A stretch of 64,000 nt of DNA from an uncultured Planctomycetaceae bacterium (GTDB lineage Bacteria > Planctomycetota > Planctomycetia > Planctomycetales > Planctomycetaceae): the NCBI GenBank assembly GCA_963813715.1, contig CAWFAK010000017.1:1056001-1120000 (forward strand), in the 5' to 3' direction. Numbering within the stretch: position 1 is the stretch's first letter; every line of letters starts with the position of its first letter. This document shows, piece after piece, positions 43,315 through 54,149 of this stretch. Below the pieces are notes generated by a model. That model searched no databases and was not told the origin of the DNA. It worked only from the letters and a program-made list of their open reading frames with translations. Made by a program: the position numbers and the translations under genes.

Positions 43315-43941
43315 TCACTTGGCCGCGAATCCGGCAGCGCGCAGAGCCGCGAGATACTCGGCGGGCGTATTGACGTTAACCAGCGATTGCAGTTCCGGAT
43401 CAACGGCTTGGAGCTCCGTGCCCTCAACGATTCGGACGTCGCACAGCCGCACAAATTCAGTCAATCCGCGACGGCCGGCGGCCAGAAAGTGGTGCACGCG
43501 TTCCGCGCAGGTGGTTCGGTAAACGGCCGCCAACGGATGATCGCGTTCCTGGTCCCGCACGACCGCCACTTCATGCGTCCCCAGCGCATCGATCAACGCT
43601 CGGATCAACGCGGCATTGAGGAGCGGCACGTCGCACGAGGAAACGTACGCGGCATAGGCTGAGTCGCCGAGCGCCGTCAGTCCAGCCGCCAACCCGGCAA
43701 GCGGACCCTGCGCGTCGATCTCGTCGCGAGCGACAAGCGTCACCAGCGGCAACGCGGGCAGCTCCTGACCGGCCGCCGCGACGACGACCACGGGCGATAC
43801 GACCTCGCCGACGATTCGCACGACGCGGCCAAGCATCGTCTCGTCGCCAAACGGCAGCGACAGCTTGGGACGGCCCATCCGCGCGCTCTGTCCTCCGCAG
43901 AGCACGATTCCACCCACGCGCGTCGTGCCGATGCTTTCCAC
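43315..43941 (-). CDS. mobA: Molybdenum cofactor guanylyltransferase
   Basis: [39 protein letters not shown]. Confidence 0.9.
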   Translation of the reverse strand: MESIGTTRVGGIVLCGGQSARMGRPKLSLPFGDETMLGRVVRIVGEVVSPVVVVAAAGQELPALPLVTLVARDEIDAQGPLAGLAAGLTALGDSAYAAYVSSCDVPLLNAALIRALIDALGTHEVAVVRDQERDHPLAAVYRTTCAERVHHFLAAGRRGLTEFVRLCDVRIVEGTELQAVDPELQSLVNVNTPAEYLAALRAAGFAAK

Positions 43942-44144
43942 ATCTTTCTTCTATCTCGGCAAGTGGTCGCTGTCAGCCGACGCTCCGTGCTTTCGACAGA
44001 CTGACGTCCGACGCAGGCCCGCATTGCACTCGGGACGCGAAGCCTGGGCGCACTGCCAGCTGGCAGCCCCGCTGGTGATCGGCTAGATTTCAAAACGTAA
44101 GCCGGCCTGCGATCGGCCGTTCAACTGGCACTCTGGAATTGCGG

Positions 44145-45516
44145 ATGGTTGTCTCGCCTGGAACGTTGGACCGATTCTCGCGCCGACATCTCTTGCAGGT
44201 CGGCGGCCTTGGACTGCTCGGCGTGACCCTGCCGCGACTGCTCGAGTCGCAGGCACGGGCCGCCGCGTCTGGAATCGTCCCCAAGGCCGATGCCTGCATC
44301 CTGCTCTTCCTCAACGGCGGGCCCAGCCATCTCGACATGTGGGACATGAAGCCCGGAGCGCCGGACGGCATCCGCGGGGAATTCAGTCCCATCGCCACCT
44401 CGCTGCCGGATTACCAGGTCAGCGAGCACATGCCGCGGCTGGCGCGGCACATGCATCGGGCCACGATCGTGCGTTCGATGCATCACGGCGTGAACAACTC
44501 CCACGCGGCCGCGGTTTATGCTTCGCTCACCGGGCACGACCGGGGCGAAATTGGCGGCGGAACGCAGCCGACCGACTACCCGTCGACGGGATCGCTCGTC
44601 AGCCTGTTGCGACCACCCGCGGTCCCCGTGCTCTCGCACGTCACGCTGCCGTATATGACGAAGGAAGGCGCCGGCGGCCCCCCGCAGCCGGGATTCTTTG
44701 GCGGATTCTTGGGACACGCCCGCGATCCCCTCTTCGTGCTCCGCGATCCGAACGCCAAGGATTTCGCGGTACCGGAACTGACACTGCAAGCCGACATCAG
44801 CGCACAGCGCCTCGAGGTCCGTCGGGCCTTGTACGAACAGCTACAGAGTAACGTGTCGGCCCAGTTCGGCGGCAACTCGGCGGCTTCGATGAGCGCGTTT
44901 CAGGCGAGAGCCATCGACCTCTTGACCGCGCCGGCCACTCAGCGCGCGTTTCAGAATCTCACGCGAACCGGACAAAGTTCGCGACGATTACGGACGCAAT
45001 ATCTATGGCCAGAGCGTGCTCCTGGCCCGGCGGCTGATCGAAGCGGGTACGCGCGTGGTCACGATCTCCTGGGCGCCGGACGCCAACGCCACCTGGGACA
45101 CGCACGGTAGCAACTTTGTCAGTCTCAAGAACGTCCTCTTGCCGCAGCTCGACGCGGCCTGTTCACGCCTCGTCAGCGATCTTGACCAGCGCGGGCTGCT
45201 GGAGCGGACGATCGTCGCGGTCTTTGGCGATTTCGGGCGTTCCCCCAAGATCAACGGTAGCAATGCGGGCCGCGATCATTGGAACTATTGCTACAGCCTG
45301 ATGATGATTGGCGGCGGCTTCCAGAAGGGGCTCGTGTACGGCACGAGCGACGGCATCGGGGCCTTTCCCGCCAGCAACGCCCTGATGCCAGGCGACGTTG
45401 TGTCGACGATGTACCACCTCTTGGGCATCCCGCACGACGGCCAGGTCCGCGACGCCTTCGGCCGCCCTTATCGCATCGTCCCCAGCGGCGACGTGATCAA
45501 CGACCTCATCGCTTGA
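44145..45516 (+). CDS. DUF1501 protein with Tat-like signal; frameshift near 44955
   Basis: SRRHLL, LFLNGGPSHLDMWDMKP, LLARRLIEAG, WDTH, DFGRSPKIN, GRDHW. Confidence 0.9.
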
Positions 45517-45635
45517 TTTACCCGGTCATAGCCGGCGAAATCCGCCTTCTGGCAAATCTCCGGGGCGCGCGTTACAACCGAGAGCGTTGGCAAGCGGGGT
45601 CCGGTTTCGCGAGCGCGGCGCAGGGAGCGGCGAGC

Positions 45636-46001
45636 ATGGGGCTGTTCAGCGGCACAAAAGATTGGAACGTGGTGGCGGTCCTCTATGAAAAGAAGGGCCA
45701 CCTCCAAGTCAACGGCAACCGTGCCAAGGGGGGCGATGCCGAGAAGGTGCGGGACGTCGTGAAGCGGCACTCGCGCGCGGTCTTTTGGGCCGTCTTCAAT
45801 CAGAAGCGGAGTTTCATTGAAGGCGGGCCGGGAGCGGGCCGCGAGTTTATCTCGCTCGAAACGCTGCAATACATCGAAAAACAAATTGCCAAGGCCAAGC
45901 CTGTCTCGCAGGTGCTGACGTTGCTCGAAACGGGCAAGACCGACAAAGCAGCGACCGGTTGGGAAATCGCGCCGCAGCCCTCCGCGTCCAGTGAGGAATA
46001 G
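45636..46001 (+). CDS. Hypothetical protein
   Basis: 121-aa ORF with host-like codon usage that fills the gap between two genes. Confidence 0.6.
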   Translation: MGLFSGTKDWNVVAVLYEKKGHLQVNGNRAKGGDAEKVRDVVKRHSRAVFWAVFNQKRSFIEGGPGAGREFISLETLQYIEKQIAKAKPVSQVLTLLETGKTDKAATGWEIAPQPSASSEE

Positions 46002-46099
46002 GCCGCCGGTTTCTACGACCGTTCTGATCGGCCGCCGAACGCGTCGCACACGATCAGGCGTTCGACGCGTGTTATCATGTGGGTCGAGGAGAACGGCCC

Positions 46100-47812
46100 A
46101 TGACCGCGATCGAACATCGTCCCGACGTCGCCGCTTTACCCGCGCCGGATGAAGAGCCGCAAAGCCCCTTCGACACGCACCGCGTCGAGAATCAGCCGCC
46201 CGCGCTGGAGAACTACAACGTATTCACGAGCGACGTCGCGCTGCGCGAGGCCGTCTCCCGTGAAGGGGGCGCCTGGGGCTTCGACCGCCTGACTCGCTTC
46301 GGCGACGCGATCGGGAGTGCGCAGGTCATCGCTTGGGGCTTTCAGGCCAATCGGAATCCGCCCGTGCTGCGGACGCACGATCGCTTCGGCCACCGCATCG
46401 ACGAGGTCGAGTTTCATCCGGCCTGGCACGAGTTGATGAAAATTGGGGTCGAGCACGAAACGCATGCGCTCGCCTGGCGTACGCCGAAAAACGGGGCGCA
46501 CGTCGTGCGGTCCGCCCTCGGCTTCCTGCAATATCAGCAGGAAGCAGGCGTTGGCTGTCCGCTCACGATGACCTTCGCCGCTGTCCCCGCGTTGCGGAAA
46601 GAGCCGGAGCTGGCCGCCGAATGGTTGCCACGAATTACGTCGAATGTCTACGACCCCCGGTTCATTCCGGCTGCCGAGAAAAAGGGCGCGCTCATCGGCA
46701 TGGCGATGACGGAAAAACAAGGCGGTTCGGACGTCCGCTCGAATACGACCCAGGCCCGACCGCAGGGGCACGACGGGTCAGGAAGCGAATATCTGCTCAC
46801 CGGACACAAATGGTTCTGTTCGGCGCCGATGAACGACGCCTTCCTCACGCTGGCCCAGACCGACCGTGGCCTGACCTGTTTCTTCGTCCCGCGCTGGCGG
46901 CCGGACGGGCACCGCAACGCGTTTGCCATCCAGCGGCTCAAGGACAAGCTCGGAAACCGCTCCAACGCATCGAGCGAGATCGAATATCGCGACACGTGGG
47001 CGCAACGAGTGGGCGAAGAAGGCCGCGGTGTCCCCACGATCATCGAAATGGTGAATCACACGCGGCTCGATTGCGTGGCCGGCTCGGCCGCCTTGATGCG
47101 GCAAGCACTGGCCCAGGCCATTCATCACGCGACTTACCGGCGGGCCTTCGGCAAACGCCTGATCGAGCAGCCGGCCATGCAAAATGTGCTGGCCGATCTG
47201 GCGCTCGAGTCGGAAGCGGCCACCTCCCTGATGACGCGGCTGGCGCGGGCGTACGACCGCGCAGCGACTGATGAGCAGGAACGGGCCTTCGCGCGGATCG
47301 CCACGGCCGTCGGCAAGTTCTGGGTCTGCAAACGCTGCCCGCCCGTGGTCGGCGAAGCCCTCGAATGTCTCGGCGGCAACGGCTACGTCGAGGAATCGAT
47401 CCTGCCGCGGCTTTATCGCGAGGCGCCGCTGAACTCCATCTGGGAGGGTTCGGGCAACGTCATGTGTCTCGACGTGTTGCGGGCCATCCAGAGAGAGCCG
47501 CAGTCGCTCGCGGCCCTGCAAGGCGAGCTGGAATCCGTCAGGGGGATGGACACGCATTACGATCGGCTTTTGGAGCGACTGAAACGGGAACTCACGTCGC
47601 CCGACGAGATGGAAAATCGGGCGCGTCAAATCGTCGAGCTGCTGGCCGTCGCGCTTGAGGCCGCGGTCCTGCTCCGCGCCTGCGTCCCGGCGGTCACCGA
47701 AGCCTTTCTTGCCACACGCGTCGCTCGCGGCGGCGGGCAAATCTACGGCACGCTGCCCAGCGGCACGAACTGTCTCGCCATCCTCGAGCGGGCGCGGCCG
47801 GTGCTGAATTGA
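46100..47812 (+). CDS. aidB: AidB-family acyl-CoA dehydrogenase
   Basis: THRVENQ, RIDEVEFHPAWH, CPLTMT, GMAMTEKQGGSDV, GHKWFCSAP, RLKDKLGNRSNAS, IWEGSGN. Confidence 0.85.
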   Translation: MTAIEHRPDVAALPAPDEEPQSPFDTHRVENQPPALENYNVFTSDVALREAVSREGGAWGFDRLTRFGDAIGSAQVIAWGFQANRNPPVLRTHDRFGHRIDEVEFHPAWHELMKIGVEHETHALAWRTPKNGAHVVRSALGFLQYQQEAGVGCPLTMTFAAVPALRKEPELAAEWLPRITSNVYDPRFIPAAEKKGALIGMAMTEKQGGSDVRSNTTQARPQGHDGSGSEYLLTGHKWFCSAPMNDAFLTLAQTDRGLTCFFVPRWRPDGHRNAFAIQRLKDKLGNRSNASSEIEYRDTWAQRVGEEGRGVPTIIEMVNHTRLDCVAGSAALMRQALAQAIHHATYRRAFGKRLIEQPAMQNVLADLALESEAATSLMTRLARAYDRAATDEQERAFARIATAVGKFWVCKRCPPVVGEALECLGGNGYVEESILPRLYREAPLNSIWEGSGNVMCLDVLRAIQREPQSLAALQGELESVRGMDTHYDRLLERLKRELTSPDEMENRARQIVELLAVALEAAVLLRACVPAVTEAFLATRVARGGGQIYGTLPSGTNCLAILERARPVLN

Positions 47813-47883
47813 GTCGCTCGTGGCCTCGATCAAGGATCGGCACCGCGACCTCGGTCCCTGCCCCTTAGTCTGCCAACCAAACC

Positions 47884-48327
47884 ATGAATAAAGCGTTCGT
47901 CCGCGATCCGGAACCGACCATCGAACGCTGCCCGCGCTGTGGAGCGGCTGGCCAGCCGGTCGGCAGCGTGATTTTGGACGCCTTCGTGCGTCCCGAGTCG
48001 CGCAATCAGCTCGGGGCGGAGGCCTGCTTTTGTCCTACGGCCACGTGTCCCGTAGCCTATTTCGATGCGTTTGATCGGCTGGTCGAAGTCCTGCAGCTCG
48101 CCCGACCCGTTTATCCGAAGGACCCCGAGGCGCCGATCTGTGGCTGCTTCGGTTTTACCTGTGCCGAGATCGACGAGGACCTGCGCGAAGGAGTCGCAAC
48201 ACGAACGCGGGCCCAGCTCGAGCGAGCGCGATCCTCTGACGCCCGCTGCTCGCAGGCGGCGGCCAGCGGGGCCTCCTGCGTGGCCTCGGTCCAGAGCTAC
48301 TTCATGCAACATCGCAGCCGCGACTAG
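47884..48327 (+). CDS. Cys-rich metal-binding protein (CopZ zinc-binding / BFD-like 2Fe-2S type)
   Basis: CPRC, FCPTATCPVAYF, PICGCFG, later C...C. Confidence 0.7.
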   Translation: MNKAFVRDPEPTIERCPRCGAAGQPVGSVILDAFVRPESRNQLGAEACFCPTATCPVAYFDAFDRLVEVLQLARPVYPKDPEAPICGCFGFTCAEIDEDLREGVATRTRAQLERARSSDARCSQAAASGASCVASVQSYFMQHRSRD

Positions 48328-48370
48328 TCGCCCTCTGTTCGAGAGCCTCGCGCGGAAACGACGTGCGGGT

Positions 48371-49098
48371 TTAAGCCTTCGCCAAGGCACGGTGCGTCCC
48401 GTGCTCTCTCGTCACGCGCATGCTCAGAAAGATCCACGGTCCGGGCCCAAGGATCGAAAGACGAAAATACCGCGTGCTTTGCAGTTTCAGGCCGAGGGCC
48501 GGGAAGTATTCGGAGTAAGTGTAGATTTTGTGCAAAGCGCACAGCCCCAACATCCAATGGGAAACGTTTGCAACGGTGTAATAGAGCCAATGCCGGAACC
48601 GCAGCACGATGTTCCCGCGCGGCGAGGCAAAGTCTGCGATGACGAGATCTCCCCCGGGACGGACCAGCGAAACGAGCCGAGTCAGCATTCGTAACATCGC
48701 GGGTCGCGAGAAGATGTTCAGGAAGAAGTTCGATACCACGACATCAAACGGTTCGTCCGCCTCGAATTCCATGATGTCGGCGCAGACGAATTCCCCCGGC
48801 AAATCGGCCGCCTCGAACCGCTGACGGACGATTTCGATCATGCTGGGTGACAAGTCGACGCAGGTCACCTCGACACCACGACGCACGGCCTCGAGCGCTT
48901 CCTCGCCCGGTCCGACGCCGACGTAGAGGACCCGCTGCCCGGCGGCATATCCTCGATCTGGGACAGCCGGGTGGCCAGATTCTGCCCGCCGGTACACAAG
49001 GCGGTCAGCCGTTCGTAGATCGGGGAAATCGATTCGTAACTGCGGGCAATTTGTTCGCCCGACGAATGTGGCTTCGCCTGGACCTGAGCGGCCATCAC
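48371..49098 (-). CDS. Class I SAM-dependent methyltransferase; frameshift near 48945
   Basis: RVLYVGVGPG, CVDLSPSM, FDVVVSNFFL, VRPGGDLVIADF; N-terminus in ORF 48865..49098. Confidence 0.8.
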
Positions 49099-49160
49099 GC
49101 GTCCCCCCCGGAGTTGTCCTCGGCCTCAACTGAGGCTCACTAGGCCTGATGAAAAGGTAA

Positions 49161-50393
49161 TCAGCACATGCCCACATCGACCGCAGCAAGGTCCGCGACA
49201 GGGGGGAGCGTCGCGGTGGGGTCGTCAGTGTTCGGTTGCACTTCATCGCGAGGATAAAGCAGTGGACGGGGAGGAAAGATCGACGAGAATCCGGCCTTGA
49301 GAACCGCCCGCATCGTCCAGCGGCCACCCTTGACGAAAATCGACAACGGCACCTGGTAGCAGCCGAGCTTGTCGTGCTTGAGCGCGTCGGTTGTCTGACC
49401 GATGCAAATCTCTTGCGCACCGTGCCGAAATGCGGTGTCGATCGATTGATACAAGAGGTTGAAATAGACCTCCGCTTCGGCGTTCACCTCGTAGTCGACT
49501 CCCAGCACCATTCCATGGAACGTCGTCTCGGAGACAAGCGAGAGGGAGAAGCCGACGATTTCCTCGCCGCGATAGATCAACGTGAAGACCGTGTTGTCGG
49601 GCATCCGTCGGGCCAACTCCCGAGGAAACTCGAGAGGCAATTGCTCGAATTGAACGTCGGAACGGTCAGCGACCGCCTTGTACAATTTGTGAACCGCGTC
49701 CGTGTAAACATCCGCAACTCCGTCGCGACCGTACAGCTCGACAACCCGCAACCCGTTTTCCGGGAGCCTTTTTTGCGACCGGCGGATCGGCCGGCGTTTC
49801 TTCGACGGAAATCGGGACAGGTAGTCGGCGAAGTCGCGCGATCCGGGCTCGACGCGGTTCATCGGGAAACTATCGGCACGGCGGTAACCGAGCGACTCCA
49901 GTGGCTCCAGGTCCGAGCAGCCTGCTTCATCGATTTCTTTGAAGAGAATCAGGCGGGCCCACTCGCGCCGCGCGAATTGACACGCCACCCGATCGAGGCA
50001 TCGCAGCACGGCCGCGCGATCGGCCTCGGGCGTGAAGCGAACGTGGCTTTGTCCGGCCGAAACAGGCAGGCCGCACAAGATCAACTTGCTGCGGAACAGC
50101 CACGGCGCCACACGTTCCAGGCCAGCCACGACTTTCTGCACGCGGCCCTTCGCCAAGGAGGCGCCGCCGATGCTGTAGGAACTTAGACAGGCAATTGCCA
50201 TGGGCCGACGTCGGCCATCTCGCACGATGACGTGCCGAAAGCGGCACGCCTTGGCAAACCCGATCTCGACGGCTTCGATGAAGCGCGGATCCATGAACGG
50301 ATCGCTCGCCGCGTCCCGGAGGCTGTTCCATTCGCCCGGGTCCACGCGGCCGATCGAATCGTAGACCTCAAATTGATAGTCAGCGCTGTCCAT
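49161..50393 (-). CDS. FemAB-like tandem GNAT-fold protein
   Basis: DSIGRVDPGEWN, FADYLSRF...RRPIRR, IVGFSL, GVDYE, YFNLLY, GQTTDALK. Confidence 0.75.
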   Translation of the reverse strand: MDSADYQFEVYDSIGRVDPGEWNSLRDAASDPFMDPRFIEAVEIGFAKACRFRHVIVRDGRRRPMAIACLSSYSIGGASLAKGRVQKVVAGLERVAPWLFRSKLILCGLPVSAGQSHVRFTPEADRAAVLRCLDRVACQFARREWARLILFKEIDEAGCSDLEPLESLGYRRADSFPMNRVEPGSRDFADYLSRFPSKKRRPIRRSQKRLPENGLRVVELYGRDGVADVYTDAVHKLYKAVADRSDVQFEQLPLEFPRELARRMPDNTVFTLIYRGEEIVGFSLSLVSETTFHGMVLGVDYEVNAEAEVYFNLLYQSIDTAFRHGAQEICIGQTTDALKHDKLGCYQVPLSIFVKGGRWTMRAVLKAGFSSIFPPRPLLYPRDEVQPNTDDPTATLPPVADLAAVDVGMC

Positions 50394-50471
50394 CGCCTTG
50401 AGCCGTTCTTCGTGGTCAGTTACCGATCAGGCGCGAGCGTTTGCCCGCGCGGCTCGCCGCCCTGCACCGAC

Positions 50472-51896
50472 TCAATGAACTTCTGATCCGGCGACGACGT
50501 GAGACGGATCTCGCCTCTTGCGAACGCCGTCCGTCGGACTCTGCGAGATCTCCGCCGGCTGAGGCCCGGTCAGAGGCGACCGCGGGTGAGCGGCAAGATG
50601 TGCGCGCTCTCGACGCTTGAAATGCTTCTGGATGAGACTCAAACACGTTCGCTTCAAGCTGAAGTCCAGCATGCCGCTCATGCGGACCAACGCCAACCCA
50701 GTGAGCAAGGTCGTGCCGGGAAGGGCACAGATGTAACGCCCCTCATAACGTGGACGGAAACGACTCTTGAAATGGTAAATGCCTGCGAAGTCGAACAGGA
50801 AGTTCAGATACTTCAGACCGATGGTGAACGCGTGACGCGTCATGGCGCTATCGCCCTTGAGCGGTTGTTCACAACCAACCGCGGGAACGAGGCAAAGTGA
50901 AACCGCCTCGATCCCTTCGGACTTCATCCGCGTCATCGCCACATGAAAGAGATGGGGAACGACACCGCGGACGGCATCGCTGCGGTGACGATACATCTCG
51001 AACGACCAGTGCATACCGTTTCGGCTCGGAAGGGCGATCAGAAACCCCTCGATGCGTTTGGGAGAATCGCCGGAGTAGGCAACGAACAGGCGTCGACGAC
51101 CCCAGCCATTCTCATCGAGCTGACCTTCGAGCAGCCGGATTGCGCCGGCGTGAGATTTGGTCGCCAGATGCTCGTCGGAAACCGCGCGTAAGTCTTTGAT
51201 GAGCGACGTCCACGCGGCATCATCCATGTCTTCGCGACGATGTTCGATGACGCTGATGCCCGCCCGACGGCAGTAGTTGGTTTGGCGACGCACCCACTCG
51301 AACTGCTTGCCGGACCAGGTGCAGGTTTGCAGGTCGACGTACGGTTCTTCACCCCATTTCGTCACTTGAAAGCCATGCTCGCGAAACAGAGGGGCGTCTT
51401 CCTCGGTTACGTTGAAACAAGTGACGAGCAGCCGGTGCGAACGGGCGAAGGCGACGAACTCGCGCAACAACTGCGGCTTATCTTCATCGCGTGCGAGAAG
51501 TCCCCCGATGACCTTCACATACCGGCCCAGCCGCCGATACGACACGAGGCCGCGGCGATCTGTCGACCAGAATCGTTTCCATCCGCTTTCGGTCGCGAAG
51601 TACGAATCGTAGACGGCTCCGCAAGTGAAAGCCTGATGCTCGACTCGCAGCCATCGATTCGATTCCAGGCTCTCTTGCGGCCGAGTCAGAATCGTCTGAT
51701 CGCAATCGGATGCGGGCTCGTCTTCCGTCGCGACCCGTTCGCTCCTAATCGTTCCATTCGTTGGCTCGAGCAACGTGTCGAGTTGGGGATCGGAATCCGA
51801 CAGCGCGTTGCCGCTCGTGCGGGAGCGCCAAACCTGGACAGCCCAGGAGCGTTGACCGTTCAGATAGTTGTGGGTTGAAGTCACCGTGTCCGTCAT
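50472..51896 (-). CDS. Stand-alone DUF2156 / MprF C-terminal-like (aminoacyl-tRNA-dependent transferase) domain protein; start uncertain
   Basis: TKWGEEPYVDL, WSGKQFEWVRR, VSDEHL, RRLFVA, FEMYRH, FDFAGIYHFKSRFRP; no N-terminal TM flippase. Confidence 0.8.
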   Translation of the reverse strand: MTDTVTSTHNYLNGQRSWAVQVWRSRTSGNALSDSDPQLDTLLEPTNGTIRSERVATEDEPASDCDQTILTRPQESLESNRWLRVEHQAFTCGAVYDSYFATESGWKRFWSTDRRGLVSYRRLGRYVKVIGGLLARDEDKPQLLREFVAFARSHRLLVTCFNVTEEDAPLFREHGFQVTKWGEEPYVDLQTCTWSGKQFEWVRRQTNYCRRAGISVIEHRREDMDDAAWTSLIKDLRAVSDEHLATKSHAGAIRLLEGQLDENGWGRRRLFVAYSGDSPKRIEGFLIALPSRNGMHWSFEMYRHRSDAVRGVVPHLFHVAMTRMKSEGIEAVSLCLVPAVGCEQPLKGDSAMTRHAFTIGLKYLNFLFDFAGIYHFKSRFRPRYEGRYICALPGTTLLTGLALVRMSGMLDFSLKRTCLSLIQKHFKRRERAHLAAHPRSPLTGPQPAEISQSPTDGVRKRRDPSHVVAGSEVH

Positions 51897-52590
51897 CCCC
51901 TCTCCAACTGACGTCGGATGGCGGCAGGCTGTAATCCGCCTGCCCCCGTCCGCTTCGCGGATTCAATCGGCCCATCAATCCGTGAAAGGGGCGCGACGGT
52001 GAGAACAAAACGAGCTGGAATGAACCTGGCCAGCTTCCATTGAACGGAGCGAAGAGCTCCAAGAAGAGCGATTCGCGAGGAGCCGTTGTCCCCCCGCGCC
52101 CCGCTTTGGAAACGCCTCACGGGGCGATCGCCCCGGAAAGGCAAAAATGCGGCAAACTCGCATCAGACCGAATTGCGATTGGACATTTCTCCAGCGCGTG
52201 TAGGTCCCGAAATAGACCTTCTGCGCCTCGCCGCGTTTACGAGAGGACTCTGGTCCGCTCGAGGGGGCCTGCAGGAGCCCGACGCGGCTTGAGAAACCTT
52301 CGCCGTCGAAGCGATCGTGGCTGGAAGTCACCGTGTCGGTCATCCCCTTCTCGAACCGATGTCGGTGGCTGCAAGATGACTCCCATCTGCTGCCGTCCGA
52401 TTAGCCGCGGATTTGATCGGCCCATCAATCCGTAGAAGGGGCGCGACGGTGCGAACTCAAAGGTTGGAAAGACTTTTGCCAGCGTCGTTTGGGTGCAGTG
52501 CGGATCGCCGGGAAAAGCGACTCGACAGGAGCAGTCCGTGTCGGTGGAGCCTCCGATGCCCAGCGACGGCTCTACGTCCGAAAAGGCAAC
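51877..52590 (-). repeat. Tandem diverged duplication (period about 446 bp) of a structured leader plus first codons
   Basis: 51877-52010 aligns with 52324-52461 (GAAGTCACCGTGTC.GTCATCCCC; ATCGGCCCATCAATCCGT; AAGGGGCGCGACGGTG); weaker similarity extends to CCGGAAAGGCAA / CCGAAAAGGCAA. Confidence 0.9.
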
Positions 52591-52840
52591 TCATTCAACC
52601 GACTTTATTCAGAACCTGTAATCGAAGTCAAGGACGCAGTTTACGTGATCAGAAAATCCTAACATCAGGTCTCGAATCGACCTTGATGCTCCGGCATGTT
52701 GCGAAAAAGCATTTCGCGATGGGGCCGAGTCGCAACGTCTCCGCGCGAACCTTCCTCGATCGGCCACCTCGATTAGCCGAAACTGGCTTTGGTTCCGGCT
52801 GCGTGCTAACGTAGCGTCCCTCGACCGACCGGAGTTTTCG

Positions 52841-53236
52841 ATGTCCGAGACAAGCCAAAATGGTCCCGACTTCTCCAAGGCGGACCTCATTCCCGTCATC
52901 GCGCAGGACGACGCCTCGGGCGACGTTCTGATGCTGGCGTACATGAACGAGACGGCCTGGAAGGAAACGCTCGCCACGGGACGAGTCTGCTATTACAGCC
53001 GCAGCCGGCAAAAGCTCTGGCGCAAGGGCGAAGAAAGCGGCAACGTCCAGGAGGTCAAAAGCATCTTCTACGACTGCGATGCCGACACCATCCTGATCCG
53101 CGTCAATCAGATCGGCGGTGCTGCATGTCACGAAGGTTACAAGAGCTGCTTCTTCCGCAAACTTGACCCGCAGACGGGTCGCGTCGAGGTGATCGGCAGT
53201 CGTCTGTTTGATCCGAAGGCCGTCTACAAGAAGTAA
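52841..53236 (+). CDS. hisI: Phosphoribosyl-AMP cyclohydrolase
   Basis: [41 protein letters not shown]. Confidence 0.95.
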   Translation: MSETSQNGPDFSKADLIPVIAQDDASGDVLMLAYMNETAWKETLATGRVCYYSRSRQKLWRKGEESGNVQEVKSIFYDCDADTILIRVNQIGGAACHEGYKSCFFRKLDPQTGRVEVIGSRLFDPKAVYKK

Positions 53237-53268
53237 GCGCGGACCGAGGGGCCGCGCGAGGATGATGC

Positions 53269-54147
53269 ATGCCGGAACGAAAGCTGAAACTGGGCATCCC
53301 GGCTGGGAGCTTGCAAGAGGCGACGGCCGCGCTGTTCAAAAAGGCCGGTTACAACATCACGTTCTCGTCGCGGTCGTATTACCCGCAGATTGACGACCCG
53401 GAGATCGAGTGCCTGCTGATCCGCGCCCAGGAGATGGCCCGCTATGTGGAGGAAGGGATCCTCGACGCGGGCATCACCGGCCACGATTGGATCGTCGAGA
53501 CGCAGGCCAAGATCGTCGAGATCTGCGAACTTGTCTTCTCCAAGACGAGCCGCCGCCCGGTCCGGTGGGTACTCTGCGTTCCCAACAATTCGCCAGTGAA
53601 ATCGGTCAAGGATCTGGAAGGAAAACGGATCGCCACGGAAGCGGTTGGGCTCACCAAGGCTTTCTTGGCTCGACATGGGGTCAACGCACGGGTCGAGTTC
53701 TCCTGGGGCGCGACCGAAGTCAAGCCGCCGCGATTGGCGGACGCGATCGTCGAAGTCACGGAAACGGGCAGCTCGCTCAAGGCCAACGATCTGCGGATCC
53801 TGGAAGAAGTCCTACAAAGCACCACACGTCTCGTTGCCAACCAAGCGGCTTACAAAGACGCCTGGATCAAGACCAAACTCGACAACATCGCCCTCATGCT
53901 CCGTTCGTGCCTGGCCGCAGAGGGCAAAGTCGGCGTGATGATGAATGTGCAGCGCAAGGATCTGCCGGCGGTGCTCTCGAAGTTACCCGCGCTACAAACA
54001 CCGACTGTTTCGTCCTTGTCGGATCCCGACTGGGTCGCTCTCAACACGATCGTCGATGAATCGCTGGTCCGCACGATGATGCCCGAGCTGCGGGCTGCCG
54101 GCGGTCGGGGCATTGTCGAATATGCGATCAATAAGATCATCGACTGA
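53269..54147 (+). CDS. hisG: ATP phosphoribosyltransferase (long form)
   Basis: [40 protein letters not shown]. Confidence 0.95.
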   Translation: MPERKLKLGIPAGSLQEATAALFKKAGYNITFSSRSYYPQIDDPEIECLLIRAQEMARYVEEGILDAGITGHDWIVETQAKIVEICELVFSKTSRRPVRWVLCVPNNSPVKSVKDLEGKRIATEAVGLTKAFLARHGVNARVEFSWGATEVKPPRLADAIVEVTETGSSLKANDLRILEEVLQSTTRLVANQAAYKDAWIKTKLDNIALMLRSCLAAEGKVGVMMNVQRKDLPAVLSKLPALQTPTVSSLSDPDWVALNTIVDESLVRTMMPELRAAGGRGIVEYAINKIID

Positions 54148-54149
54148 CG

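Noticed and set aside
43315..45516. Functional link between mobA and the divergent DUF1501 gene
   Set aside because: mobA is co-oriented with purM and DUF1501 genes are highly paralogous in this lineage, so adjacency alone is not evidence.
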